This document shows, one piece after another, positions 29,503 to 39,225 of a stretch of DNA of 58,323 nt. The position numbers and the translations under genes are program-made. Location: contig JAMDCU010000089.1 in assembly GCA_023489485.1 (NCBI GenBank), positions 1 to 58,323 on the forward strand. Direction: 5' to 3'. Origin of the DNA: Chloroflexota bacterium. Lineage in GTDB: Bacteria; Chloroflexota; Anaerolineae; UBA4142. How positions within the stretch are numbered: position 1 is the stretch's first letter; each line of letters opens with the position of its first letter. Under the pieces are notes generated by a model, which saw nothing but the letters and a program-made list of their open reading frames with translations, made no database searches and was not told the origin of the DNA.

Positions 29503-30186
29503 ATGCATCGCGCGGTTTTCTTGGATCGAGATGGCGTTATCAACCCGATGGTTTACGACCCGGAATTCGGCCTCGTCGATTCGCCGGCCAACCCAGACGA
29601 ATTCCGCCTAAACTCTCGCGTCGGCGAGTCCATCCGTCGCATCAACGAAATGGGGTTTCTCGCCATTGTCGTTTCCAACCAGCCGGGGGTGGCCAAGGGC
29701 CGCTTTACCCCCTCCCTTCTCGGCGCCGTGACGGACAAGATGCATGCCGAGCTCGCTCGTTCTCAAGCGCGCCTCGATGGCGTCTACTACTGTTTGCACC
29801 ATCCGCACGCGCTCCTCGAAGAGTATCGCTTCACCTGTGTCTGCCGGAAACCCAAGCCTGGCCTGCTCCTACAAGCGGCGCAAGAGTGGCACATCGACCT
29901 CGCCAGCTCCTACGTTATTGGCGATGGCCTGACGGATATGCTCGCGGGGCAGTTCGTGGGTACCACCAATATCTTTATCAGCAGTCGCAAATGCTACATC
30001 TGCGACGAAGTCGTCCGGCAGGACGTTCAAATCGAATACGTGGCCCAAGACCTTTCGGACGCCGTGACCCTTGTCGAATCTCGCGAGTCTGGCAAGGCGC
30101 TCGATCCGACTCGGTACTTTCCACTCAAGCCGTCTCTCCCTGTACAGACTCGGGAATCCCTCTCCGCTTTAGGAACAAGCCGATGA
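29503..30186 (+). CDS. gmhB: D-glycero-D-manno-heptose 1,7-bisphosphate phosphatase (HAD-IIIA)
   Basis: FLDRDGVIN, SNQPG, YCLHHP, CVCRKPKPG and IGD motifs. Confidence 0.9.
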   Translation: MHRAVFLDRDGVINPMVYDPEFGLVDSPANPDEFRLNSRVGESIRRINEMGFLAIVVSNQPGVAKGRFTPSLLGAVTDKMHAELARSQARLDGVYYCLHHPHALLEEYRFTCVCRKPKPGLLLQAAQEWHIDLASSYVIGDGLTDMLAGQFVGTTNIFISSRKCYICDEVVRQDVQIEYVAQDLSDAVTLVESRESGKALDPTRYFPLKPSLPVQTRESLSALGTSR

Positions 30187-30779
30187 ATTACTCTTCCCAG
30201 TACCTGACTGAAGCCCGTGAGATTCTGGTCCGCTTGAGCGATGGCGAATTGGAACGCATGGCCGACATCCTCTGCCAAGCGCGCGAACGCGGCGGTCGGC
30301 TGTTCATCCTCGGAGTGGGGGGCGGCGCGGGGCATGCGTCTCACGCCGTGAACGATTTTCGCAAGATTGCCGGATTTGAAGCCTATGCACCTACGGATAA
30401 TGTTTCCGAGTTGACCGCACGGATCAATGATGATGGTTGGGAAACTTGCTACGTCAACTGGCTCCGCGGCAGTCGCCTGTGCAAACAAGACATCATTCTC
30501 GTGTTTTCTGTTGGCGGCGGCGATGCGGAGCGGAATGTGAGCGCCAATCTCATACGCGCCCTCGATTATGCGCGGGAGGTGGGCGCATCCATTGTCGGCA
30601 TTGTGGGCAGGAACGGTGGTTACACGGCCCGTGTGGCCAATGCTTGCATCATCGTCCCCGTGATCAACTCCAGCAACGTGACTCCGCACACCGAATCCTT
30701 TCAGGCACTCGTTTGGCACCTATTGGTATCGCACCCCAAGCTCAAGAACGCGGAAATGAAGTGGGAATCTGCATGCTAA
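30183..30779 (+). CDS. gmhA: SIS-domain phosphoheptose isomerase-like protein
   Basis: GVGGGAGHASHAVNDFRK, TARINDDG, FSVGGG and TPHTE motifs; ATGA-coupled to gmhB. Confidence 0.8.
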   Translation: MNYSSQYLTEAREILVRLSDGELERMADILCQARERGGRLFILGVGGGAGHASHAVNDFRKIAGFEAYAPTDNVSELTARINDDGWETCYVNWLRGSRLCKQDIILVFSVGGGDAERNVSANLIRALDYAREVGASIVGIVGRNGGYTARVANACIIVPVINSSNVTPHTESFQALVWHLLVSHPKLKNAEMKWESAC

Positions 30780-30818
30780 GCGAGTGCGCCGCATATCCTT
30801 CAAGGAGGAGAGGACGCC

Positions 30819-31532
30819 ATGCCCATTTTTCTTGACACGGGCAATTTGACCGAGATTGAGCGGTACCACAAGATGGGCATTCTGCGCGGGGTGACGACCA
30901 ATCCGACCATCTTGCTGAAGGAGGGAGTCACGGGAGGAATGCCAGGCATCGAGAGGCGGTCGCGGGAAATTGCAGGCTTGATCGCTCCCCTGCCCCTCTC
31001 GGTTGAAGTCACCACGAACGATCCTGCTCAAGCCGTTGACCAGGCCCGCACCTTTGCCCGCTGGGCGTCCAACATTGTGGTTAAGGTGACCGTTCACGGG
31101 CCAAACGGAGAGCTGGAAAACATGCAGGTGATCCATGACCTCGAGACACGCCACAATGTGCGGGTCAACGTGACGGCGATGATGAGTGCACAGCAGTGCT
31201 TCTTGGCGGCCATGGCCGGAGCCACCTACGTCTCCATCTTTGGCGGTCGCGTGAACAACATGGGGTATAACGCGTGTGCGGAGATAACCAAGTTGCGCAA
31301 GCTCCTGGACCAATTTGGGCTCAAGGCACAGATCATTGTCGGTTCGACCCGTGAAGTTCTAAATGTTGTCGAATGGCTGGAAGCCGGCGCGCATATTGTC
31401 ACCGTCGTTCCTGACCTTCTCAAGGGCATGATTGTCCACCCCTACACAAAAGAGACCGTCCAAATGTTCCTCCGGGACGCGGCCAAAGCGGAGGAAGCGC
31501 TTAGGATCCAACTTCCTATTGCCGCGGAATAG
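30819..31532 (+). CDS. Transaldolase/fructose-6-phosphate aldolase family protein
   Basis: IFLDT, GVTTNPT, VVKV (Schiff-base Lys), VNVT, AGATYVSIFGGR and HPYT motifs. Confidence 0.92.
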   Translation: MPIFLDTGNLTEIERYHKMGILRGVTTNPTILLKEGVTGGMPGIERRSREIAGLIAPLPLSVEVTTNDPAQAVDQARTFARWASNIVVKVTVHGPNGELENMQVIHDLETRHNVRVNVTAMMSAQQCFLAAMAGATYVSIFGGRVNNMGYNACAEITKLRKLLDQFGLKAQIIVGSTREVLNVVEWLEAGAHIVTVVPDLLKGMIVHPYTKETVQMFLRDAAKAEEALRIQLPIAAE

Positions 31533-31623
31533 AATACATACCGACGGCAATCGCTGTATTTGACCATCCCATCGATAGGGGCAATATCGTTGTGACGCCA
31601 GATATGGATCATTTGCAAGTCTC

Positions 31624-32205
31624 GTGAAATCCAAGCCGTGGTGGGCTCATTTGCTGAATCTGTTTTGGGCATTGACCCCAGGAAGATGGCGTGTACCGCT
31701 GGTCGACCTGATTTGCATGATCAGTGCTGGAGGCAGATTAATACCCAAAGCGAGCGTAGGAGCGATCATCACTTCTGGGGTCGACGGCAGTCAAAGAGTG
31801 TTCTTGGTCCGCCGCGCCTATCAACCCTTCAAGGACTATTGGTGCTTGCCGGGCGGCAACATCAAGAGAAATGAACAGGCTATTGACGCGATCGTACGTG
31901 AGGTGAAGGAAGAAACCGGGCTGGATTTCGAGCCGCACTTTTGGCGGTACTTTGACGAGATTATACCCGATATGGGAATTCACTCTATCGTTTTGGTTTT
32001 CACAGGCCCGGCACTGGGGGAGACGGGCTTGCCCAGAGATGAGGTGACAGAAATTTGCAGGTTTCCGCTGACAGAGGCTCGCTGCCTGAAGCTGGCATTC
32101 TGCCATGGAATGATACTGGACGAGTTCGCTGCCTTGCAAGGCCAATCATCGTTGTTGGCGCGAGCTATGAGTCCGACCAAACCCTGCCCGACCGTCGTCC
32201 TCTAG
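31624..32205 (+). CDS. NUDIX hydrolase
   Basis: Nudix box GGNIKRNEQAIDAIVREVKEETGL; start uncertain. Confidence 0.85.
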   Translation: MKSKPWWAHLLNLFWALTPGRWRVPLVDLICMISAGGRLIPKASVGAIITSGVDGSQRVFLVRRAYQPFKDYWCLPGGNIKRNEQAIDAIVREVKEETGLDFEPHFWRYFDEIIPDMGIHSIVLVFTGPALGETGLPRDEVTEICRFPLTEARCLKLAFCHGMILDEFAALQGQSSLLARAMSPTKPCPTVVL

Positions 32206-32383
32206 CCCTCTCGCCCAGCCGCTGCCGCTGCAGGGCGCCGGCGTATTGATCTTTGTCCCCGCTATCTTTCATCTGGTTCTTTCAAAGAAGTAGAGTTTTC
32301 TCCGTAGTACCGCATGAGGATCTTGTTGCGATTCTCTTCGGCCTCCCGTCAGATAGATCGGGAGGAGAGGGAGTGATGGTTCG

Positions 32384-34045
32384 ATGGAATTGAGACAGTA
32401 TGCTTCGATTCTTCTGAAATGGTGGTGGTTGATTGCGCTCTGCCTCGTTCTGGCTGGCGGGACCGCGTTCGGGGTGAGCCGTATGATGACGCCCGTCTAT
32501 CAAGCGTCGGCGACTCTGATGGTGAGTCCGGGGTCGAATGCGACGACGACCGACTATACCGCGGTTCTCACCGGGCAGCAGCTGGCCAAGACCTACACCG
32601 AGCTCTTGAAAAAGCGCCCCGTGCTCCAGGGAGCCATCGCCGCCCTGAATCTCTCGATGACACCCGATCAGTTGGCCGCGCGGGAGAATGTCCAACTCGT
32701 CCGCGATACCCAACTTGTCACCGTGCAGATCGAGGACGAGGACCCCGTCCTGGCCGCCAACCTTGTGAACCAAATCGCAAAGGAATTCATTGAGACGAAT
32801 CAGACGAGCCAGCTCAGCCGGTTTGCCAGTTCCAAGGAAAATCTCCTGAACCAGATGAAGCTCGTCGCATCGGATATGGCGAGCACGCAGGCGGACTTGG
32901 ACAAAGCGAGAGCCGCCGGGAATACGTCCGAAGTTACGCGGCTTGAGACCAGCCTCACCCAGCAGCGCTCGAGCTACTCGGACCTTCTCAAGAGTTACGA
33001 AGACATCCGCGTCACCGAGGCGAAATCGCTCGACACCGTGGTTGTCGCCGATCCGGCCGAAGCGCCGAGCAAGCCCGTTCGCCCCAATGTGCTGATGAAT
33101 ACGCTCCTCGCAGCCGTCGTCGGCGCCATGCTCGCGGTCGGCGTCGCCTTTCTCGTCGAGTACCTGGACGATCATCTCCATTCCGCCGAGGACGTGGATG
33201 CCACCCTCCATCTCCCTCTCCTTGGGCGGACCACCCGCATCCATGCGCAGAATCCTACGGACCGCCTGATCGTCCAAAAGGACCCTCGCTCTCCGATCGC
33301 CGAGGCCTATCGCTCATTCCGGACCAACGTCCATTTCTCGAACGTGGATAAACCCGCCAAAGCGATTCTGGTGACGAGCGCGAATCCGACTGAAGGCAAG
33401 AGCACAACCGCGGCCAATCTCGCGGTGGTCATGGCGCAGGCCGATCTCCAGGTGCTCCTTGTCGATACCGACCTGCGCAAGCCCATCCTGCACCAGATTT
33501 TCGAGGTCTCGAATGACTTTGGTCTGACGAGTGCTTTTCTCCAGGAAAAAAGCCCGATGAATGGCATTGTGCAGCAAACCAAAGTGCCCAAGCTCCACCT
33601 GATCACGAGCGGGCCGCTCCCCCCCAACCCCTCGGAGCTTTTGGGCTCGCAGCGGATGCGCAGTCTCATCGGCGTCTTGAAAGAAAAGTTCGACGTCGTC
33701 ATCTTCGACAGCCCTCCCGTTCTCGCGGTAACGGATGCGAGCGTGCTCGCTCCGCAAGCCGATGGTGTGATCCTCGTCGTCGATTCCGAGAGGACGCGCC
33801 GTGGGGCGGCTCAGCTCGCGGTGAGCAACCTCCAGCAGATCGGCGCTCATTTCATGGGCGTCGCGCTGACCAAGCTGTCTGCCAAGGCAGCGGGTGGTTA
33901 TTACAACTATAACAATTATTACTATTACAGTTCCAACGGCGATAGAAATCGCCATTCCCACAACGGCAGCCTGGTACCCACCGTGTCCGAGCCCAAGAAC
34001 GGGCATGTCAAGCCGGCTGCCCCCGAGACGCTGGTCAAGCAATAG
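32384..34045 (+). CDS. Polysaccharide co-polymerase/tyrosine autokinase (Wzc-like fusion)
   Basis: Wzz-type TM ends, EAYRSFRTN, Walker A SANPTEGKSTT, DTDLRKP, FDSPP and a C-terminal Tyr cluster YYNYNNYYYY. Confidence 0.95.
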   Translation: MELRQYASILLKWWWLIALCLVLAGGTAFGVSRMMTPVYQASATLMVSPGSNATTTDYTAVLTGQQLAKTYTELLKKRPVLQGAIAALNLSMTPDQLAARENVQLVRDTQLVTVQIEDEDPVLAANLVNQIAKEFIETNQTSQLSRFASSKENLLNQMKLVASDMASTQADLDKARAAGNTSEVTRLETSLTQQRSSYSDLLKSYEDIRVTEAKSLDTVVVADPAEAPSKPVRPNVLMNTLLAAVVGAMLAVGVAFLVEYLDDHLHSAEDVDATLHLPLLGRTTRIHAQNPTDRLIVQKDPRSPIAEAYRSFRTNVHFSNVDKPAKAILVTSANPTEGKSTTAANLAVVMAQADLQVLLVDTDLRKPILHQIFEVSNDFGLTSAFLQEKSPMNGIVQQTKVPKLHLITSGPLPPNPSELLGSQRMRSLIGVLKEKFDVVIFDSPPVLAVTDASVLAPQADGVILVVDSERTRRGAAQLAVSNLQQIGAHFMGVALTKLSAKAAGGYYNYNNYYYYSSNGDRNRHSHNGSLVPTVSEPKNGHVKPAAPETLVKQ

Positions 34046-34074
34046 GTATCAAGTCTCACGTCATCTTATTCTCT

Positions 34075-35670
34075 ATGCGCTCTGCTCCCTCTGAGGCATT
34101 GAAACAGGCCTTGAGCCGGATGAGGTGGGCGGATGCCTTATCCAGCCCCGCCGTTCTCTGGATTCTCTCCGCCCTCCTCGCGATCAGTAACGTAGGGGAT
34201 TATGAAGCGGCGGCGCTTGCCATCGCCGTCTTGGGGGGTGTCGCGGTTGCCCTTGCCGCCGTCCTCGAGCTACAGTCTCCTTCCACCTGCGCAATCCGCT
34301 CGCTCGAGACTCCCAACCTGTCCGTAAGCGGAAGTGGCATCCGGTTTGTCCCCGCGTGGCTCAACCGCCTTCACGTCTGGGTCGTCGCGAATGAGCTCTG
34401 GCTCCTCATCGCAGCGGCCCCGCTCTTTCTCTTCCCGCGACCGGTCTTTACCCCCGTCTTTATCCTCCTTCCCGTTCTATGGCTTCTCCGCTGGCGACTG
34501 CGCGGGCACTTGACTCCGCACACGCCTTTCGACTGGCCTATCGTCTTTTTGCTCGCGATGCTTTCGGTAAGCATCCTGGTCTCAGCAGATGTGAAGACGA
34601 GTCTGCCCAAGCTCGCGGGGCTCCTTTTCGGTATAGGCACCTTTTACGCGATAGTGAACTGGGCCCATTCTGAAAAGAGAATCGCCTGGGTCGTATTGGG
34701 TCTCATTGGGCTAGGCATCGGTGTCGGACTCGTCGGCCTCATCGGTACCAAGTGGATCACCACAGGGAAGATCATTCCAGCGCGAGTGTATGCTCTCCTC
34801 CCCCGCGCGATTATTCAAGTGCCGGGCACTGTGCAAGGATGGATCCACCCGAACGAAGTAGGCGGTAGCCTCGCTTTCATTGTGCCGTTTCTCGTTGTGC
34901 TCACGCTGGCGCGCTGGAATGCCCCGGTGGGCATGGTGATGGGGAGGGCCAGTCGGATTCTCGCCTTTCTCACCCGGCGCGGTCTCCTCATTCCGCTCGC
35001 GTTCACAGTTCTCATCTTTGCCTTGACACAATCGCGCAGCGCACTCTTTGGCGTCGCCATCTCCCTCCTGGCATTCGTGCTGGTTCGGTGGCGCCGCTTG
35101 GGAGCAGTCCTCGTCGTCGCTACCGTGGTCCTTTTGGTTATTGGGATCGTGCGCAGCCCCGGGACACTGCAAGATGCGATTGCGGGCGAGAAGAGTGACA
35201 GTGCCGTCGGAACGCTGGATTTTGCCGGGCGCGAGGAAGTCTGGAGTCGGGCCCTCTACGCAATACAGGACGTTCCCTACACCGGAGTCGGCCTGAATAT
35301 GTTCGTGCCGGTTTCGAGAGCGCTGTACCCATATTTCCTGACGTCGCCGGATATTGTGCTCGGTCACGCGCATGAAATCTACCTCCAAGTCGCCGTTGAC
35401 CTCGGCATCCCGGGCCTGGTCGCGTACATCGCATTGCTCGCAGGATTCGCCTATATGGTGTACGTAGTCTATATCACAAGTCGATCGCTCCAATCCCGCG
35501 CCCTTGCCCTTGGTCTGGGCCTTGGGGTCCTGGCCCATCAAATCTTTGGCCTGACGGATGCCATTACGTTGGGTGCCAAGCCCGGGATCATACTCTGGGT
35601 CATGCTCGCGCTCGGCGCCGCCCTCTGGCAGCAAGGGCGAGCGGCAGTCCCCTTCCCCCAACCGCCATGA
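34075..35670 (+). CDS. O-antigen ligase family membrane protein
   Basis: HPNEVGG, TQSRSA, GREEVW, PYTGVG and HAHEIYLQVAVDLGIPGL motifs. Confidence 0.9.
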   Translation: MRSAPSEALKQALSRMRWADALSSPAVLWILSALLAISNVGDYEAAALAIAVLGGVAVALAAVLELQSPSTCAIRSLETPNLSVSGSGIRFVPAWLNRLHVWVVANELWLLIAAAPLFLFPRPVFTPVFILLPVLWLLRWRLRGHLTPHTPFDWPIVFLLAMLSVSILVSADVKTSLPKLAGLLFGIGTFYAIVNWAHSEKRIAWVVLGLIGLGIGVGLVGLIGTKWITTGKIIPARVYALLPRAIIQVPGTVQGWIHPNEVGGSLAFIVPFLVVLTLARWNAPVGMVMGRASRILAFLTRRGLLIPLAFTVLIFALTQSRSALFGVAISLLAFVLVRWRRLGAVLVVATVVLLVIGIVRSPGTLQDAIAGEKSDSAVGTLDFAGREEVWSRALYAIQDVPYTGVGLNMFVPVSRALYPYFLTSPDIVLGHAHEIYLQVAVDLGIPGLVAYIALLAGFAYMVYVVYITSRSLQSRALALGLGLGVLAHQIFGLTDAITLGAKPGIILWVMLALGAALWQQGRAAVPFPQPP

Positions 35671-35681
35671 GGAGGTGAGCC

Positions 35682-36008
35682 TTGGGATTTTCGCTTATGG
35701 GGTGGCGCGGCTCCGGGTTGCTGAGTCCAGACCTTAATCCGGAGTTGGCCTACGCGGCTTTTTCCTTTGGTCGCAAGGAGCTCCTTGGGGCTTCTTTTGA
35801 GCAGGAGATCACCAGCTATCCCGGAGTAAAAGGACACGAGTTTCGTCGCGAGGATCACTGGGTCTGGATTTTGTAGTCGCTCGACGGAAACGATCACACG
35901 ATCCCTCTCCCGAGTGAGCCTCTGGACGCTTGGAACGTTTATGGGAACCCGACTCCGGCCAGCCAAACCGAAACTGTCGGCACCAGCCCCTTGTGTTTCG
36001 AGTGGTGA
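35682..36008 (+). pseudogene. C-terminal remnant of a probable glycoside hydrolase
   Basis: GWRGSGLL...PELAYAAF...VWIL*SLDG...VYGNP...PLCFEW reads through one TAG (35874). The family resemblance is recalled, not searched. Confidence 0.5.
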
Positions 36009-36063
36009 GACCCCGATGCAAGCTGTCGCTTCCGTTTCATACTCGACAGGCCGACTTAGCCAA

Positions 36064-36626
36064 CTAGGAATACATTCCGGAGCCCTGAGCCAAGTGGGGC
36101 ACCGGCGCCCCATGGAAGAGCGGGCTCACGAATTTCACCGTATCATAGAATTTCTGACAGAGGACCGCGCACAGAGAGGCGCCGGTGCAGTCATTGGCGG
36201 CGAAGCTATTGTCGGCTAGGCCGCAGTTGGGCTCATTGAACAGCGCATAGATTTTGGTCTGCCATTGGGGATCATTCCGCATCTGGAACGGCAAATAGGC
36301 CACAATATCACTTTGCAAAGCATGGGTGCTTTGATCCACACAGGTAGACCCTGGAGTCTTCAGGCAGGAGACTATGATCCGAACGGAAGCCGTAATGGTT
36401 GATGGGTGTGTGCTATAGTTGGAATGAGGAGCGTATGGACTCAGTTTTCCTAAACGCCATCGGCGACCAAATTGGGGGGCGGTGCAATCGAAGTTCCAAA
36501 TCTTGCGTCCGGGTTGTGCCCGGAGAATAATAGGGGAATAGGACCAGAACATTCTGCCGCAATGGGTGGGACTGAAAGTGCAGTGAAAGCGAGACCCAAG
36601 AGAACGCGCGAAACGGCCCATCGCAT
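36064..36626 (-). pseudogene. Frameshifted remnant of a secreted protein, possibly a clan GH-A hydrolase
   Basis: ATG 36626 gives the signal-peptide-like MRWAVSRVLLGLAFTALSVPPIAA, which stops after 58 codons. Another frame carries IYALFNEPN. Confidence 0.3.
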
Positions 36627-37506
36627 TTGTCGAACCTACCAGAACCGGGAAAAGGCCAAAGAGCGTCACCGGACGATCAGCATCCCCGCTCCCTCGCGCG
36701 GCGCGTTCGTAATCGGGATGTGCAGGTAGAACGAATGCCCAAAGTCAGTCGTGCCCCACGCAGAGAACGGAAGAAAGGGAAATGGCAGCGCAAACTAAAC
36801 GAGACTTCGCGCTTGGCCATTTAATCGATGGGGCAAGAAGCGCTTCACTCCGGCTAGGATTTTCATTCTGAGAACACCGATAGAAAGGAATGGCCGGGCG
36901 ATATACTCTGATGTCCGTGGGAATTGAAGTAGCTGTCTCTGCTTTCAGTATAGAGGGCGGAGTTTGGAATCATCTTGGAGTTCGCTTAGGTTTTCGTATC
37001 AAATCCATCTCGAAACGCCCTGAATCTAGGAGAATTCTAAGAATGGGAACGGGTTGATCGGGTGGCCCGATTTCGCAGGCTGGGAGCGGACCGCTGTCAC
37101 GTCAATGCAGATAGCCTGGATGATCCTTGATACCGAAAGAGCTAGCTCGACCAACTGGTTGCCCAGACACCCAATGCCGCTCGGCACTTCGAAATCACTT
37201 GGGGATCATCTCGGGGCGAGGACGTTCGCGGCTCAGAGCGAGGTACGTTCATGGTACGTCTCGGTTTCACTAGTCCCGAGTGTTCGGAGCGCACCTTACC
37301 ACACCCGGCGCTTAAGCGTTACGGGAGAACCGCGAATCGAGAAACGAGCTTGACAGAACAGTGGGCCAAATGCCCGTTGAGAAGTGGTTTTCAGCCTCGG
37401 ATATGTAGGCTACGGGCTGAGGAACTGCGGCGAGAGCGGATGGGCGCAAAGAATGGCCGCCTTGAGGGGGAGACAGCAGTAACCTTGCTGGTGGAGCGAG
37501 GACAAC

Positions 37507-37695
37507 ATGGGTACTATCGAGGAAAGCAGAAGAGCCAGTGACATTGATCAATTGGTTTGGATTCCGCGGCAGCCAGCCCGCTTGAATCGGCGGTTGTTTG
37601 CGATTGCCGCATTCACTCTGGTGCTGGTCCTTTCACTGCTCGCCGGACTGTTAGTGGTCCATTTGCTTTTCCCAGAGCCTGCTTGGGGAATGTGA
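37507..37695 (+). CDS. Small single-pass membrane protein
   Basis: GAGGA RBS, a basic stretch, then a ~25-aa hydrophobic helix; strong terminator downstream. Confidence 0.5.
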   Translation: MGTIEESRRASDIDQLVWIPRQPARLNRRLFAIAAFTLVLVLSLLAGLLVVHLLFPEPAWGM

Positions 37696-37787
37696 TGAGG
37701 CGGGTCGCAAACGCAAGTCGATTACTACAGGGGATTTGAGACTGGGCATCTGACCTTTCTGTCTTTGTTCATCGGGAGCTTAGCCTT

Positions 37788-37826
37788 GAAGGTGCGACAG
37801 AGAAGACTGTCGCACCTTCTCTTTTG
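37788..37826 (+). terminator. Intrinsic terminator
   Basis: 13-bp perfect stem GAAGGTGCGACAG/CTGTCGCACCTTC followed by TCTTTT. Confidence 0.85.
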
Positions 37827-38112
37827 TTGCCGACTAACTCATCCCCTGGACCAGTTTTCGGCGGACAGGCTGGATATAGCCCTCTCCAGAACCACAGGAA
37901 CAGTTAGCTGTAATGGTTGCTGTCTTTTGCTCTAACTCAGGCCGCTGAAGATTGGGCCCTCCGTCTGTCAGAATGCATGTACTCTTGCGCCCTTGCACTC
38001 TTGAGTGGTTGTTTGCTCTGTCCACCAGTGGGAACCCGCAAGCCACGCTCAGCTCCACCGGTTCCCTGCTTATAGCGAAAGTCTAGAATACCTAGCGAGC
38101 ACAAATCTAACT

Positions 38113-39135
38113 TTAGACTAGCCCGGCAGCCTGGAACCAAGGTCGATAGTCGGGGCTCACGTCGAGACTCTCCACCTTGTCTTCGCGAACCACGACCTTC
38201 GTCAGGAATTTGCCGAAAAGGCAATCCACGTGTTCGGGCTTCACATCGAGCATATTCGTCATCATCTCGATTGCTTGCTCCACTCGGGCTTGGAGCACCT
38301 TCGGCGACTGGATCTCGATTCTGCCCGCTTGCTGGAGTTCGGGAACCCAGGAGTCGCCTAGCTTCTGAATCTCGGCCTCGAATTGCCCCGAGCCATAAAC
38401 GTGGTCGGCGTAGAGGGCGATCAGCCGGCAGAGTTTCTGGAGGGGCGAGCCTGACCCTTGCGCTTCTGCCGCCAGGAGGTCTTGTTGAACTTGGTGAGCG
38501 ATCTTTCCGGTCTTTGGCCCGCGCAAGAGGGTCAGGGGCTTGAGCAGCGAGAGAAGCTCAAGAAGAACATCTGAATCGGTCATTGATTGAGTGCTGGCGC
38601 AACCTGAGCGGTCGTGTTCATACCACCCGTCGGACAGTACGAAGCCCTCATCGCATTCGGCGCACCGAAGCAGACGCCCCGAAGCAACGGAGAAAAGTGC
38701 GCTCAGCGCCTGGCGTGCGCCTGTCGGGAAGCGCCGCTGCAATTGGTCGTGGACGAAGCCTAGGAAGGCCATCGATTGCGTCATTCGAACTTGGTATCGT
38801 TCGAGTTGTGGCTCCGAGAAGGTGAGCTCAATGCCCCGATTGAGACAGATAAGAGCCAGGTCGGCGAGCTCGGTGATGGAGTGAGCCGTCTGGGCAAAAC
38901 CGGACAGGACAATGCTGTGGATGTCCGGGCAGGCGGACTGGTCTCGCAGTAAGGCCAACGTACTCTGGGCGCGGAGGGACCAATCGGACTGGGCGGGCAG
39001 GTCGAAAACCACGACTGGAACCAGGCCACCCTCGTGGGCGAGGGCGATGCCGAGGCTCGCTTGCTTAACAAGCGACGGTTCTTCCTGGGGATTGTCAATA
39101 CGCGAAGCATAAACGAGAGCGGTTGAGCGAGTCAT
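38113..39135 (-). CDS. Degenerate large-serine-recombinase-like protein
   Basis: AGGAGG RBS and ATG 39135. ALVYASRIDNPQEEPSLVKQ is a resolvase-like start lacking YxRxS. Also Zn-ribbon-like GRLLRCAECD, a coiled coil, and a KFLTKVVVREDKV tail. Confidence 0.55.
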   Translation of the reverse strand: MTRSTALVYASRIDNPQEEPSLVKQASLGIALAHEGGLVPVVVFDLPAQSDWSLRAQSTLALLRDQSACPDIHSIVLSGFAQTAHSITELADLALICLNRGIELTFSEPQLERYQVRMTQSMAFLGFVHDQLQRRFPTGARQALSALFSVASGRLLRCAECDEGFVLSDGWYEHDRSGCASTQSMTDSDVLLELLSLLKPLTLLRGPKTGKIAHQVQQDLLAAEAQGSGSPLQKLCRLIALYADHVYGSGQFEAEIQKLGDSWVPELQQAGRIEIQSPKVLQARVEQAIEMMTNMLDVKPEHVDCLFGKFLTKVVVREDKVESLDVSPDYRPWFQAAGLV

Positions 39136-39225
39136 AGAGAGCCTCCTGGAAACACAGGTCTTCCGGCACGGCAGATAGAAGAGTCTCACCTTGCAGGGTG
39201 TTGGGCCAAATTACGCGCACCATTC

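Noticed and set aside
28576-29508. 310-aa minus-strand ORF
   Set aside because: Antisense shadow of the SDR gene in GC-rich DNA.
32282-34042. Long minus-strand ORFs (331 and 242 aa)
   Set aside because: Antisense shadows of the Wzc-like gene.
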